Origin: Osedax symbiont Rs2
Lineage (GTDB): Bacteria > Pseudomonadota > Gammaproteobacteria > Pseudomonadales > Balneatricaceae
Direction of reading: 5' to 3'
Assembly (NCBI GenBank): GCA_000416315.1
Contig: ASZI01000221.1
Span: 1-59,597 of the forward strand
Length of the DNA: 59,597 nt
Notes under the pieces: model-generated
What the model saw: the letters and a program-made list of their open reading frames with translations, nothing else
The model's database searches: none
What the model was told of the DNA's origin: nothing
Shown: positions 10,866 to 19,679 of the stretch, one piece after another
Numbering within the stretch: the stretch's first letter is position 1
Layout: every line of letters starts with the position of its first letter
Translations under genes and position numbers: made by a program

Positions 10866-11900
10866 ATGAGCAAAGTTCATAGTATAAGAAACGCTATATT
10901 TATAGTTCTGCTAGTTGTTTTTGCTCCCATTTTAAATGCTCAGTCAATACTCAAGAATGATTACCCAAATGAATACATCGTTAAAAAAGGCGATACGCTT
11001 TGGGATATCTCCGCAGTATTCTTGAAATCGCCTTGGCTCTGGCCACAGATATGGGAACACAATAGTCAAATTTCAAATCCGCATTTGATCTATCCCAACG
11101 ATGTTATTTATTTAAGATACCGTAACGGAAAGCCCTATTTAACAACCGATAAATTCTCCGAATCAAAAATGTCTCCAAGAATTCGGGAGGCGGGTAGGTT
11201 TGCAGCGGTTTCTGCAATCCCTAAAATTGCTTTGCAATCTTTTGTCGCAGGGCATCGGATTGTTGGAGCGCAAGCCGCGTCAAAAATGCCCTATATCCTT
11301 GCCGGTGCCGGTTTAAGGAATTTGATTGCCTCTGGAGATGAGGTTTTTATCCGTGGCACCTTAGATCCTGATTACAATACTTATCATATATATCGACTCG
11401 GCAAGACCTATGGGGCTGAGCATGGGCTGAGTACCGAAAACACTGAAATTATTAAAGTCGGTTCTCTGGATGTTATCAGCAAACAAGGTGATATAAGCCG
11501 AGCCTTAGTAACTAAATCTAAAGGTCTGATTTACAAGGGGGATATTATCGTCAGAAGTAATGAGTTAGCTTTGAAACCTCTGTATCGTCTCGCAGCAGCA
11601 CCCAAAGAGCTTGAGGGAAAGGTGATTGGTGCTGTCAACGATGCCTATCAAATTGCCAAATATGATGGAGTCGTTATTAATCTCGGCGCTAACTCAAGTA
11701 TATACCCCGGACACGTGTTTAATGTGGTCAAGGCTCCGATACAAGTTGAAGATCCCAGAACCAAACAATTAGTCACTATTGTCAACAAAGCTAATGCGGT
11801 GTTGATGGTGGTGAATGTTTTTGAAAACCTAAGCTATGGCATTGTATTGAGCGCATCTGATGCGGTCTCTCCAGGAGATTCATTAACTAGCATAGAATAG
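10866..11900 (+). CDS. LysM peptidoglycan-binding protein (TsaP-like)
   Basis: Signal peptide followed by LysM YIVKKGDTLWDISAVFLKSPWLWPQIW..NPHLIYP; conserved position between def and dprA. Confidence 0.85.
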   Translation: MSKVHSIRNAIFIVLLVVFAPILNAQSILKNDYPNEYIVKKGDTLWDISAVFLKSPWLWPQIWEHNSQISNPHLIYPNDVIYLRYRNGKPYLTTDKFSESKMSPRIREAGRFAAVSAIPKIALQSFVAGHRIVGAQAASKMPYILAGAGLRNLIASGDEVFIRGTLDPDYNTYHIYRLGKTYGAEHGLSTENTEIIKVGSLDVISKQGDISRALVTKSKGLIYKGDIIVRSNELALKPLYRLAAAPKELEGKVIGAVNDAYQIAKYDGVVINLGANSSIYPGHVFNVVKAPIQVEDPRTKQLVTIVNKANAVLMVVNVFENLSYGIVLSASDAVSPGDSLTSIE

Positions 11901-11949
11901 TTTTTTTCCTGAGTAATAACTTGCCTGTCGCCAATAATCAGGGGGAGGT

Positions 11950-13050
11950 ATGCTCACAAGAAACACTCAATTATTATTGGCATTATCACTGCTGCCCAAA
12001 GTGGGCAGACAGACTATTCGAAAACTTCTCGGGACAAGTGAAGATGTATTGCAGGCAGATCTTTGTATGCTGCAATCAATAACCGGCACCCATAATTCAG
12101 ATCAATTAAAAAATTTTTTGCTTTGCAAAGGTGAGCTGTTTGATAAAGTTTGCACTATCACTGAAACATTGCCCCAGCGGCAGATAAGCTGCATCAATTT
12201 TACCGAAGCCGAGTCCCCGCCACTGTTGCAGCAGCTCGCAGATAAACCATTGCTGCTGTTTTACAAAGGGGACCACAAGGTGCTCAGCCAGCCACAGATT
12301 GCTATTGTCGGTAGCAGACAGGCCAGTAGCAGCGGTTTACGTCATGCTTATCGTTTCTCTAGGGAGTTGTCTGAGTCTGGCTTAGTTATTACCAGTGGCC
12401 TTGCCAGGGGCGTAGATGGGGCTGCTCACAGCGCCGCTATAGATCACAATTATCCGAGTGTCGCAGTCATGGGAACTGGATTGGATATCGTCTACCCTAA
12501 GGCGCACCGGCAAATGGCGACAAAGTTGCTTAAGGTTGGTTGCTGGCTTTCTGAGTATCTGCCGGGAAGCGCACCTCTGGGCAGCAATTTTCCACAGAGA
12601 AACCGGATCATCAGTGGTTTATGTATCGGGGTGCTAATTGTAGAGGCCAGAGCTAAAAGCGGCACATTGATTACCGCTCGAATGGCGATAGAGCAAAATA
12701 GAGAAGTTTTCGCCATACCAGGTCCAATAGAATATCCAGGCAGTGCCGGCTGTCATCAGCTGATTGATGAGGGTGCAAAGCTGGTGCAATCAACAGATGA
12801 TATTTTGTCAGAGTTGAGCTTATCCAGCGCTGCTATAAGTTGTTGTCCGCAGGACTCCAATGTTGTTGAGAAAAACCTTGCAGAGCCGCTATATGGTTTG
12901 CTGAGCACTATTGATTACAGCCATACCAGTCTGCTTCAAATAGCTGCAAAAAACCAAACTCTAATATCCTCCCTATCGGCCTTATTAGTGGAGCTTGAGC
13001 TACTTGGCTATATTGAATCTTCCGGGGCGGGGTTTATTCGCTTTAAGTAG
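11950..13050 (+). CDS. dprA: DNA processing protein DprA
   Basis: IAIVGSRQAS, ITSGLARGVDGAAH, FPQRNRIISG, SGTLITA, REVFAIPG. Confidence 0.95.
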   Translation: MLTRNTQLLLALSLLPKVGRQTIRKLLGTSEDVLQADLCMLQSITGTHNSDQLKNFLLCKGELFDKVCTITETLPQRQISCINFTEAESPPLLQQLADKPLLLFYKGDHKVLSQPQIAIVGSRQASSSGLRHAYRFSRELSESGLVITSGLARGVDGAAHSAAIDHNYPSVAVMGTGLDIVYPKAHRQMATKLLKVGCWLSEYLPGSAPLGSNFPQRNRIISGLCIGVLIVEARAKSGTLITARMAIEQNREVFAIPGPIEYPGSAGCHQLIDEGAKLVQSTDDILSELSLSSAAISCCPQDSNVVEKNLAEPLYGLLSTIDYSHTSLLQIAAKNQTLISSLSALLVELELLGYIESSGAGFIRFK

Positions 13051-13186
13051 TAGTTGTGCAGCCAAAAGACAGTGCTTAGTTGACTTTAGCTATTCGCAAA
13101 TTAGCGACACGGGGGTGATAATTGTTGTAATTTAGCGGCCAGATCAGGACAATAGCGCCAATTAATTTAATCATATGGAAAATACC

Positions 13187-13699
13187 ATGTCGCAAAAATT
13201 TATTGCAATTCTAATGGGCTCTGACTCCGACTTACCGGTAATGAAATCTGCAGTGGCAGTGCTCAGAAGTCTAGATGTCAGTTTTGAAATGAAAGTCAGT
13301 TCAGCGCATCGTACTCCGGCATATACTCACGACTATGTTAAAGATGCTGATCAGCGTGGGGCGGTCGCCTTTATTTGCGCTGCAGGAATGGCTGCGCATC
13401 TTGCGGGAGCAGTTGCCGCCGCGACTACTAAGCCGGTAATTGGTGTACCCATTGAATCCTCTTTGAATGGTCTTGATGCGCTGCTTTCAACAGTGCAGAT
13501 GCCCGGTGGTATCCCTGTAGCAACAGTGGCTATCGGTAAGGCGGGCGCAAAAAATGCAGCCTATCTTGCGGCACAGATCATGGCCGTTGCCGATCCGGCA
13601 CTGGCTGAGCGTGTACGCTTAGATCGCGCTACAAGTGCACAAGCCGTTATTGCTAAAGATAAAGCTCTGCAACTGCAGATTGAAAATGGCGAAATATAG
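13187..13699 (+). CDS. purE: N5-CAIR mutase / AIR carboxylase PurE
   Basis: [38 protein letters not shown]; alternative start 13175. Confidence 0.95.
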   Translation: MSQKFIAILMGSDSDLPVMKSAVAVLRSLDVSFEMKVSSAHRTPAYTHDYVKDADQRGAVAFICAAGMAAHLAGAVAAATTKPVIGVPIESSLNGLDALLSTVQMPGGIPVATVAIGKAGAKNAAYLAAQIMAVADPALAERVRLDRATSAQAVIAKDKALQLQIENGEI

Positions 13700-13707
13700 G
13701 CCATTTC

Positions 13708-14268
13708 TTGAAAGTTGAACAGCAGGAGATTAACGCCGCCGTTGATGTGTTGAACAATCAAGGTGTTATAGCTTATCCCACAGAAGCTGTCTGGGGGTTG
13801 GGATGCGATCCCTACTCTCAGGGGGCTGTCTCGAAAATTCTTAGCATCAAACATCGACCTGAAGCCAAAGGCTTGATCTTAGTAGCGGCGTGCATGTCTC
13901 AGTTTGGCAGATTGTTAAATGGACTCAGTGCCAGTCAATTACAATGTTTACAAATGTCCTGGCCAGGTCCCGTCACATGGATAATAGAAGATAATAACGA
14001 TTTAATCCCACAGTGGATAAAGGGCGATTTTAGCTCAGTTGCGGTTAGAGTGAGCGATCATCCAGCAGTCGTAGCGCTGTGCCAGGCCTATGGAGGCTTT
14101 TTGGTGTCAACTTCAGCAAACCCTTCAGGGTTGTCCCCTGCGTCCGATGAGGGCGCCTGTAGAAGCTACTTTGGCACTAAAGTAGATTATTACTTACCAG
14201 GCGATCTGGGTAGCTGCACAAAACCTAGTAGCATTCGAATTTTAAATGACGGCGCAATAGTTCGATAG
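13708..14268 (+). CDS. tsaC: L-threonylcarbamoyladenylate synthase (YrdC/Sua5)
   Basis: [28 protein letters not shown]; TTG start. Confidence 0.93.
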   Translation: MKVEQQEINAAVDVLNNQGVIAYPTEAVWGLGCDPYSQGAVSKILSIKHRPEAKGLILVAACMSQFGRLLNGLSASQLQCLQMSWPGPVTWIIEDNNDLIPQWIKGDFSSVAVRVSDHPAVVALCQAYGGFLVSTSANPSGLSPASDEGACRSYFGTKVDYYLPGDLGSCTKPSSIRILNDGAIVR

Positions 14269-14303
14269 GCCGTATCAATCATCCTATAATTGAAGGTCCT
14301 GCA

Positions 14304-15215
14304 ATGTCAGAAGTTGATGTAGATGCAGTTAAACGCTATTTCGAAGAATTACAAGACAGAATTTGTCATGCCTTAGCAGAACAAGATGGCGCCGCAGATT
14401 TTGTTGAAGATAGTTGGCAAAGACCAGAGGGCGGCACTGGCCGCAGTCGGTTAATCACCAACGGTGCAGTGTTTGAAAAGGGCGGGGTGAATTTCTCCCA
14501 TGTTCATGGCGCTAGTATGCCGGGGTCTGCGACAGCTTCTAGACCTGAGTTAGAGGGAAGAAGTTATCAGGCAATGGGGGTTTCTCTAGTGATGCATGCC
14601 AATAACCCCTTTGTCCCCACATCCCATGCTAATGTAAGATTTTTTATTGCCAGTAAAGAAGGTGAAGATCCGGTCTGGTGGTTTGGCGGAGGACTAGATC
14701 TTACCCCTTACTATGGGTTCGAAGAAGATTGTGTGCACTGGCATAAAACAGCCAGACAGAGCTGCCAGCCATTCGGCGATGATCTCTATGCAAAGTATAA
14801 AAAATGGTGTGATGAATATTTTTATATAAAACATCGTCAGGAGGCGAGAGGGGTTGGAGGTTTGTTTTTTGATGACTTATCTGAGCCTGACTTTACTCGT
14901 TGTTTCGCACTGATGCGCTCCATAGGAGATTGTTATCTGCCAGCGTATCTGCCTATTGTCGAAAGGCGCAAAGGGCAAAGTTTTTCTGAAGCTGAAAAAG
15001 ATTTCCAATTGCATCGTCGCGGCCGCTATGTTGAATTTAATTTGGTCTACGACAGAGGGACTCTTTTTGGCTTGCAGTCCAATGGTCGAACTGAGTCAAT
15101 CCTTATGTCTTTGCCACCGCAAGTCAAATGGAGTTATGACTACCAAATAGCTGATAACAGTCAAGAATCTGAACTATATTCTAAGTTTTTACCGGTCAGA
15201 GACTGGTTGAAGTAG
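14304..15215 (+). CDS. hemF: Oxygen-dependent coproporphyrinogen III oxidase
   Basis: [40 protein letters not shown]. Confidence 0.97.
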   Translation: MSEVDVDAVKRYFEELQDRICHALAEQDGAADFVEDSWQRPEGGTGRSRLITNGAVFEKGGVNFSHVHGASMPGSATASRPELEGRSYQAMGVSLVMHANNPFVPTSHANVRFFIASKEGEDPVWWFGGGLDLTPYYGFEEDCVHWHKTARQSCQPFGDDLYAKYKKWCDEYFYIKHRQEARGVGGLFFDDLSEPDFTRCFALMRSIGDCYLPAYLPIVERRKGQSFSEAEKDFQLHRRGRYVEFNLVYDRGTLFGLQSNGRTESILMSLPPQVKWSYDYQIADNSQESELYSKFLPVRDWLK

Positions 15216-15224
15216 AGGTGACAA

Positions 15225-16052
15225 ATGGACAAACTAGATCGATATGCAGTTGTCGGCAATCCTATAGGGCATTCTAAAAGCCCGTCGATTCATAAAATGT
15301 TCGCCCAGCAAAGTGCTCAGCAGCTAGAGTATGTGACTAAGCTGGTGGCTCTGGATGAATTTTCTGTCGATGTTAAGCGTTTCTTTGCAGAGCAAGGGTC
15401 TGGGCTCAACGTCACTGTGCCGTTTAAGCAACAGGCCTGGGATATCGCCACAGGGCTATCGGATTGTGCCAGGCTAGCCGGAGCGGTTAATACTTTGTGG
15501 TTAAAAGACGGTGAGATACAAGGTGATAATACTGATGGAATCGGACTGGTTAGGGATCTGATAAGTAATAACAGTTATCAGCTGGTCGATAAGAAAGTAC
15601 TTATCTTGGGTGCTGGAGGCGCTGTGCGCGGTGTGTTGCAACCTATTATAGCCCAGCGCCCTTCAAGTATCACGATTGCTAATCGTACCTTGTCAAAGGC
15701 GTTGCAGTTGCGGACGATTTTCGCTGATATCTATCCCCTCGAATGTTGCGAATACAGCCAGTTAGACGGACCCTATGATTTAATTATCAACGGTACTTCA
15801 GCTTCTTTAAGCAACCAACTTCCGCCATTGGCTGATGAGATAGTAGGTCCCGACAGTTGCCTGTACGACATGATGTATGGATCTCAAACAACAGTATTTA
15901 ATCAGTGGGGAAAAAAATTGGGTGCTAAGAGCTGTATTGATGGTTTGGGCATGTTGGTTGAGCAGGCAGCAGAATCATTCAGTTTGTGGAGGGGAGTAAG
16001 ACCTGAAACAGCAGCAGTTATTCGCAGTCTCAGAAAAGAGTTGCAAAAATAA
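15225..16052 (+). CDS. aroE: Shikimate dehydrogenase
   Basis: GNPIGHSKSP, NVTVPFK, AGAVNT, DNTDGIG, GAGGA, DGLGMLVEQAA. Confidence 0.96.
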   Translation: MDKLDRYAVVGNPIGHSKSPSIHKMFAQQSAQQLEYVTKLVALDEFSVDVKRFFAEQGSGLNVTVPFKQQAWDIATGLSDCARLAGAVNTLWLKDGEIQGDNTDGIGLVRDLISNNSYQLVDKKVLILGAGGAVRGVLQPIIAQRPSSITIANRTLSKALQLRTIFADIYPLECCEYSQLDGPYDLIINGTSASLSNQLPPLADEIVGPDSCLYDMMYGSQTTVFNQWGKKLGAKSCIDGLGMLVEQAAESFSLWRGVRPETAAVIRSLRKELQK

Positions 16053-16297
16053 TCTAATAATCTCACTTATTGTAATAAGGAGTGTCTATATTTAGTGTGG
16101 GCGCACCTCAGTTTTGTGAACAAAGATCGCCAGACAAGAGCAATTCTGACTGTTTTTGTTAAAACACTAGTGTATCTATCTGTTTTTATACTATGTTTAT
16201 TAGTAAATATTACCTAATATATGAAATATTTCTACGCAGTTGAAGTTGCCCGGAAACAGATGGATGCCGGACAACTTTTCACTTAGGGGTATATGTC

Positions 16298-18673
16298 ATG
16301 ACAAATTTGTTACCTTTAACTACCGATCAGTTATATAAAAGCTGTGAACTCGAATTACTCCCATTTAAAAACACATCTACTCTGGAAAAATTCAGTGGTT
16401 TTTTTGGCCAAAGTCGGGCATTGGAAGCAATGACTTTTGGGGTTGGTATGCGTCGACCCGGATATAATTTCTTTGTTATGGGAAACCCTCACACCGGACG
16501 TTTTTCCTTTGCAATGGACATGTTGAAGAGTGTTGCTAAGAAAGAGCGTAAACCTAGAGATTGGGTTTACATAAATAATTTTGAGGAGGGGCGCACACCG
16601 ATTGCGATACATTTAACTGCCGGCAAGGCAGTTAAATTAAAAAGAGATAATCAGGCTCTGCTCGAGGCCATTGCTACAGAGCTGCCCGCGGCTTATGAGA
16701 GCCAAAATTTTCAGAGGAAAAAGAGCAAGATAGAGAAGGATTTTAATTCGCTATATGATCAGGCAGTTGACAGTGTAGAGCAACAGGCCAGAGAGCACAG
16801 CATCGCTTTATTCCGAGACGGTGGCACTATCGGCTTTACGCCTATCAGCGAAGGGCAAGCCATGGACGAAGCGCAATTTTCTCAACTTGATGAAGAGCTG
16901 CGGCAAAATTTTAGTCAGAACATATCGAATTTGGAAGACCTTTTAGGTGAAAGTTTGACGTCACTGCCAGTTTGGCGACGTGAAGCGGCTGAAAAATTAA
17001 AAAAATTAGAGGTAGATACCGCGGTTCAGGCAGTCGAACCACTGTTAGATAAAATTAAACAAACTTATAGCGATCGCCCTAAACTTATTGATTACTATAA
17101 GGATATGCTAAAACATTTGGCCAATAATGCCGATGATTTTTTGCATGATGAAAAGTCATCTGAGCTGTTAACCGACACCTCGCGCCGGGCTATGTTGCAA
17201 GAGTGGTACGGTATAAATTTATTGATCGATAACAGCAAAACTAAAGGCGCCCCGGTTATCTATGAAGCGCACCCAACCTATGAGAACTTATTTGGCAGAG
17301 TTGAGTACGTCAGTGAGCTGGCGGCACTGGCAACTTCTTATCAAAGAATAAGAGCGGGTGCGCTGCATAAAGCTAATGGCGGATACTTGTTGTTAGATGC
17401 AGAAAAGCTGCTGGAGATGCCACATGTATATTCGGCTTTAAAAAGAGCATTGAAAGCCCATGAGTTACGCATTGAGCATCCCCTGGCAGATACAGCTGCC
17501 GCCAGCTCTATTTCGCAAAGCCCGCTGCCGGTTGAGTTGAAAGTCAAAGTCGCCTTAGTGGGCTCGAGAAATACCTATTATCTGTTGCAAGGGTTTGACC
17601 CGGATTTCGAAAAAACATTTAGAGTAGTAGTGGACTTTGACGAAGCAGTGCCACGTACCGATAAATCCATTCGCAGCTATGCCCGCCTGATCAAGACCTT
17701 GGCTGATCAGGAGGGGTTGGCACCTTTTACCAGATCGGCAATTGCCCGCTTGGTGGAGCATAGCTCACGCAGTGCAGATGACACAGCAATGTTGTCCACG
17801 CATATAGGGAATATTGTCGACCTGTTGTGCGAGGCTGAGTTTAAGCGAGTACAAGGCGATGATGAATTGGTAACAGATCAGCATGTCAACTTGGCATTAG
17901 AGGCGCAGGAGGCACGTACAGGGCGCCTAAGCGAGAAAATTTATGAAAGCATTTTAAATAACGTAGTGCTGATAGACTCAGCCGGAAAACAAGTAGGTAA
18001 ATGCAACGGTTTAACCGTATTGCAGGTGGGTGATGTCTCCTTCGGCTCACCTGCTCGCATTACCGCTACAGTATTCCCGGGAGAGCAAGGCATTTTGGAT
18101 ATTGAGCGCGAAGCCGATTTAGGTCAGTCGATTCACTCCAAAGGTGTTTTGATACTATCTGGCTATTTAGGTTATAAATATGCCAAAGGCTTTCCAATCA
18201 AAATTTCGGCTAACATTGCTATGGAGCAGTCGTACGGTGCTATTGATGGAGATAGTGCCTCTCTTGCAGAGGTCTGTGCACTAATTTCATCTTTAACAAA
18301 GATTGCTATATCACAAACTTTTGCTATCACTGGGTCTATTAACCAGTACGGTGAAGTGCAGGCAATTGGAGGGGTGAACGAAAAAATCGAAGGCTTTTTT
18401 GAAATTTGCAAGCGCCGGGATTTTGCTGGGGGGCCGCAAGCTGTGATAGTGCCCAGGGCAAACATCAGAAATATGATGTTGAAAAAAGAAGTATTGGATG
18501 CGGTCAAAGCGGGGCAGTTCTTAATCTATGTAGTGGAATCTGTTGATCAATGTTTAGGGTTATTAATGGGTCGTGACGTCGGGTGTTTAGATGCCGATGA
18601 TAACTTCACAAAAGGCAGTGTCAATGCTGTTGCAGTGAATTGCTTTGAGCAAATGTCAAAGATTAAAACTTAG
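16298..18673 (+). CDS. Lon-family (S16) protease with AAA-like domain, LonC/YcbZ-type
   Basis: 791 aa; GQSRALEAM, GALHKANGGYL, catalytic Ser in DGDSAS, catalytic Lys in GGVNEKIEGF; Walker A degenerate (GNPHTGRFS). Confidence 0.85.
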   Translation: MTNLLPLTTDQLYKSCELELLPFKNTSTLEKFSGFFGQSRALEAMTFGVGMRRPGYNFFVMGNPHTGRFSFAMDMLKSVAKKERKPRDWVYINNFEEGRTPIAIHLTAGKAVKLKRDNQALLEAIATELPAAYESQNFQRKKSKIEKDFNSLYDQAVDSVEQQAREHSIALFRDGGTIGFTPISEGQAMDEAQFSQLDEELRQNFSQNISNLEDLLGESLTSLPVWRREAAEKLKKLEVDTAVQAVEPLLDKIKQTYSDRPKLIDYYKDMLKHLANNADDFLHDEKSSELLTDTSRRAMLQEWYGINLLIDNSKTKGAPVIYEAHPTYENLFGRVEYVSELAALATSYQRIRAGALHKANGGYLLLDAEKLLEMPHVYSALKRALKAHELRIEHPLADTAAASSISQSPLPVELKVKVALVGSRNTYYLLQGFDPDFEKTFRVVVDFDEAVPRTDKSIRSYARLIKTLADQEGLAPFTRSAIARLVEHSSRSADDTAMLSTHIGNIVDLLCEAEFKRVQGDDELVTDQHVNLALEAQEARTGRLSEKIYESILNNVVLIDSAGKQVGKCNGLTVLQVGDVSFGSPARITATVFPGEQGILDIEREADLGQSIHSKGVLILSGYLGYKYAKGFPIKISANIAMEQSYGAIDGDSASLAEVCALISSLTKIAISQTFAITGSINQYGEVQAIGGVNEKIEGFFEICKRRDFAGGPQAVIVPRANIRNMMLKKEVLDAVKAGQFLIYVVESVDQCLGLLMGRDVGCLDADDNFTKGSVNAVAVNCFEQMSKIKT

Positions 18674-18705
18674 TATATTAGTAGGTTAGGATGGCTAGCT
18701 AAGAA

Positions 18706-18714
18706 TTATCCACA
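18706..18714 (+). promoter_or_regulatory. DnaA box (perfect)
   Basis: TTATCCACA, intergenic, 2 bp left of the parS palindrome. Confidence 0.7.
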
Positions 18715-18716
18715 AG

Positions 18717-18732
18717 AGTTTCACGTGAAACT
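18717..18732. promoter_or_regulatory. parS centromere-like site
   Basis: Perfect 16-bp palindrome AGTTTCACGTGAAACT with the full 14-bp parS core GTTTCACGTGAAAC; intergenic. Confidence 0.8.
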
Positions 18733-18734
18733 GT

Positions 18735-18743
18735 AGTGGATAA
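18735..18743 (-). promoter_or_regulatory. DnaA box (8/9), inverted partner of 18706-18714
   Basis: AGTGGATAA reads TTATCCACT on the minus strand; symmetric about the parS centre. Confidence 0.6.
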
Positions 18744-19031
18744 TTGAGCCCAATCAGGCAGCAAATAGCCACAGTAAATGAAGGCATTGCAGCAAAAACA
18801 TAACTTAGTTGTCGGGTTGCTGCTGTCGGTAGCAGCAGCGCTACTAATAACTTGCATCAGTACTGTTCCTAGATGAAAGTAACAATCAGGTGCAGCAAAT
18901 ATAAGTATTGCCAGAGAATATTCTATATGTGTTATCGGAATAGTCTTGTAAGCAGCTGATTTGTAGTAGTTAAATAGATAGGAGTGCTTAGGTGTTGACA
19001 GCAGAATTACATAGGAAAATAAACCAGCAAT

Positions 19032-19040
19032 TGCTATAAT
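19032..19040 (+). promoter_or_regulatory. Extended -10 sigma70 promoter element
   Basis: TGCTATAAT (TGn-TATAAT) 23 nt upstream of the GTG start at 19064. Confidence 0.5.
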
Positions 19041-19063
19041 CTAGCTTTTTTGGATGTGAAGTT

Positions 19064-19594
19064 GTGTTGGGACGAATAGCGGCAGCTTGGGGGCTTATCG
19101 GGGTTTTCCTTTTTTTGGCAAGCGCCATTTACAAGTTGGCAATCATTAGCTGGCAGTTGCTGGCCTTAGAGCTGGAGCTGTACCATTGGTTGGCAATAGT
19201 GATCTGGGTGGTGTTTATGGGTTACTATGAGGGCTATCAGGGGTTTCAAAAAGGTTTTTCACCGAGAGTGGCAGCCCGGATTCATTTCTTAGTGCAAAAT
19301 GTCACTTACAAGAGGTTGGTTCTGGCACCGCTATTTTGCTTGGGCTTCTTCGATGCCGAGCGTCGACGCATTATTTTTATTATCTGTTTAAGTCTAGGGA
19401 TTGTTTTGCTTGTCAAAGCGGTAGAGCATATGCCAATGCCGTGGCGTGGAATAATGGACGTTGGAGTAGTAGTCGGGTTGAGCTGGGGCTTAATATCAAT
19501 GTTGATATTTACAGCAAAAGCATTTTATTGCTCTAGCTTTAATCACTCCGCGGAAGTTCCCCATAGAGAGCTAGACACAGCAACCAGTAAATGA
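19064..19594 (+). CDS. Hypothetical integral membrane protein
   Basis: 176 aa with about four hydrophobic segments and a polar motif YYEGYQGFQKGFSPRVAAR; has its own promoter-like element. Confidence 0.75.
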   Translation: MLGRIAAAWGLIGVFLFLASAIYKLAIISWQLLALELELYHWLAIVIWVVFMGYYEGYQGFQKGFSPRVAARIHFLVQNVTYKRLVLAPLFCLGFFDAERRRIIFIICLSLGIVLLVKAVEHMPMPWRGIMDVGVVVGLSWGLISMLIFTAKAFYCSSFNHSAEVPHRELDTATSK

Positions 19595-19618
19595 CCTGAT
19601 CTGCTGCGAGCTGCTGTT

Positions 19619-19652
19619 TAAATGGCGCCAAGGGCATCTCCAGGCGCCGTTT
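19619..19652. terminator. Stem-loop between convergent genes
   Basis: AAATGGCGCC...GGCGCCGTTT inverted repeat between the 19594 stop and the ilvA stop. Confidence 0.4.
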
Positions 19653-19679
19653 AGGCAAGTGCCTACTTCAGCTATTGAA

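Noticed and set aside
18674-19063. Intergenic region as oriC
   Set aside because: Only two DnaA boxes, no obvious DUE repeats or GATC cluster, and not next to dnaA or gidA; better explained as a parS-associated element.
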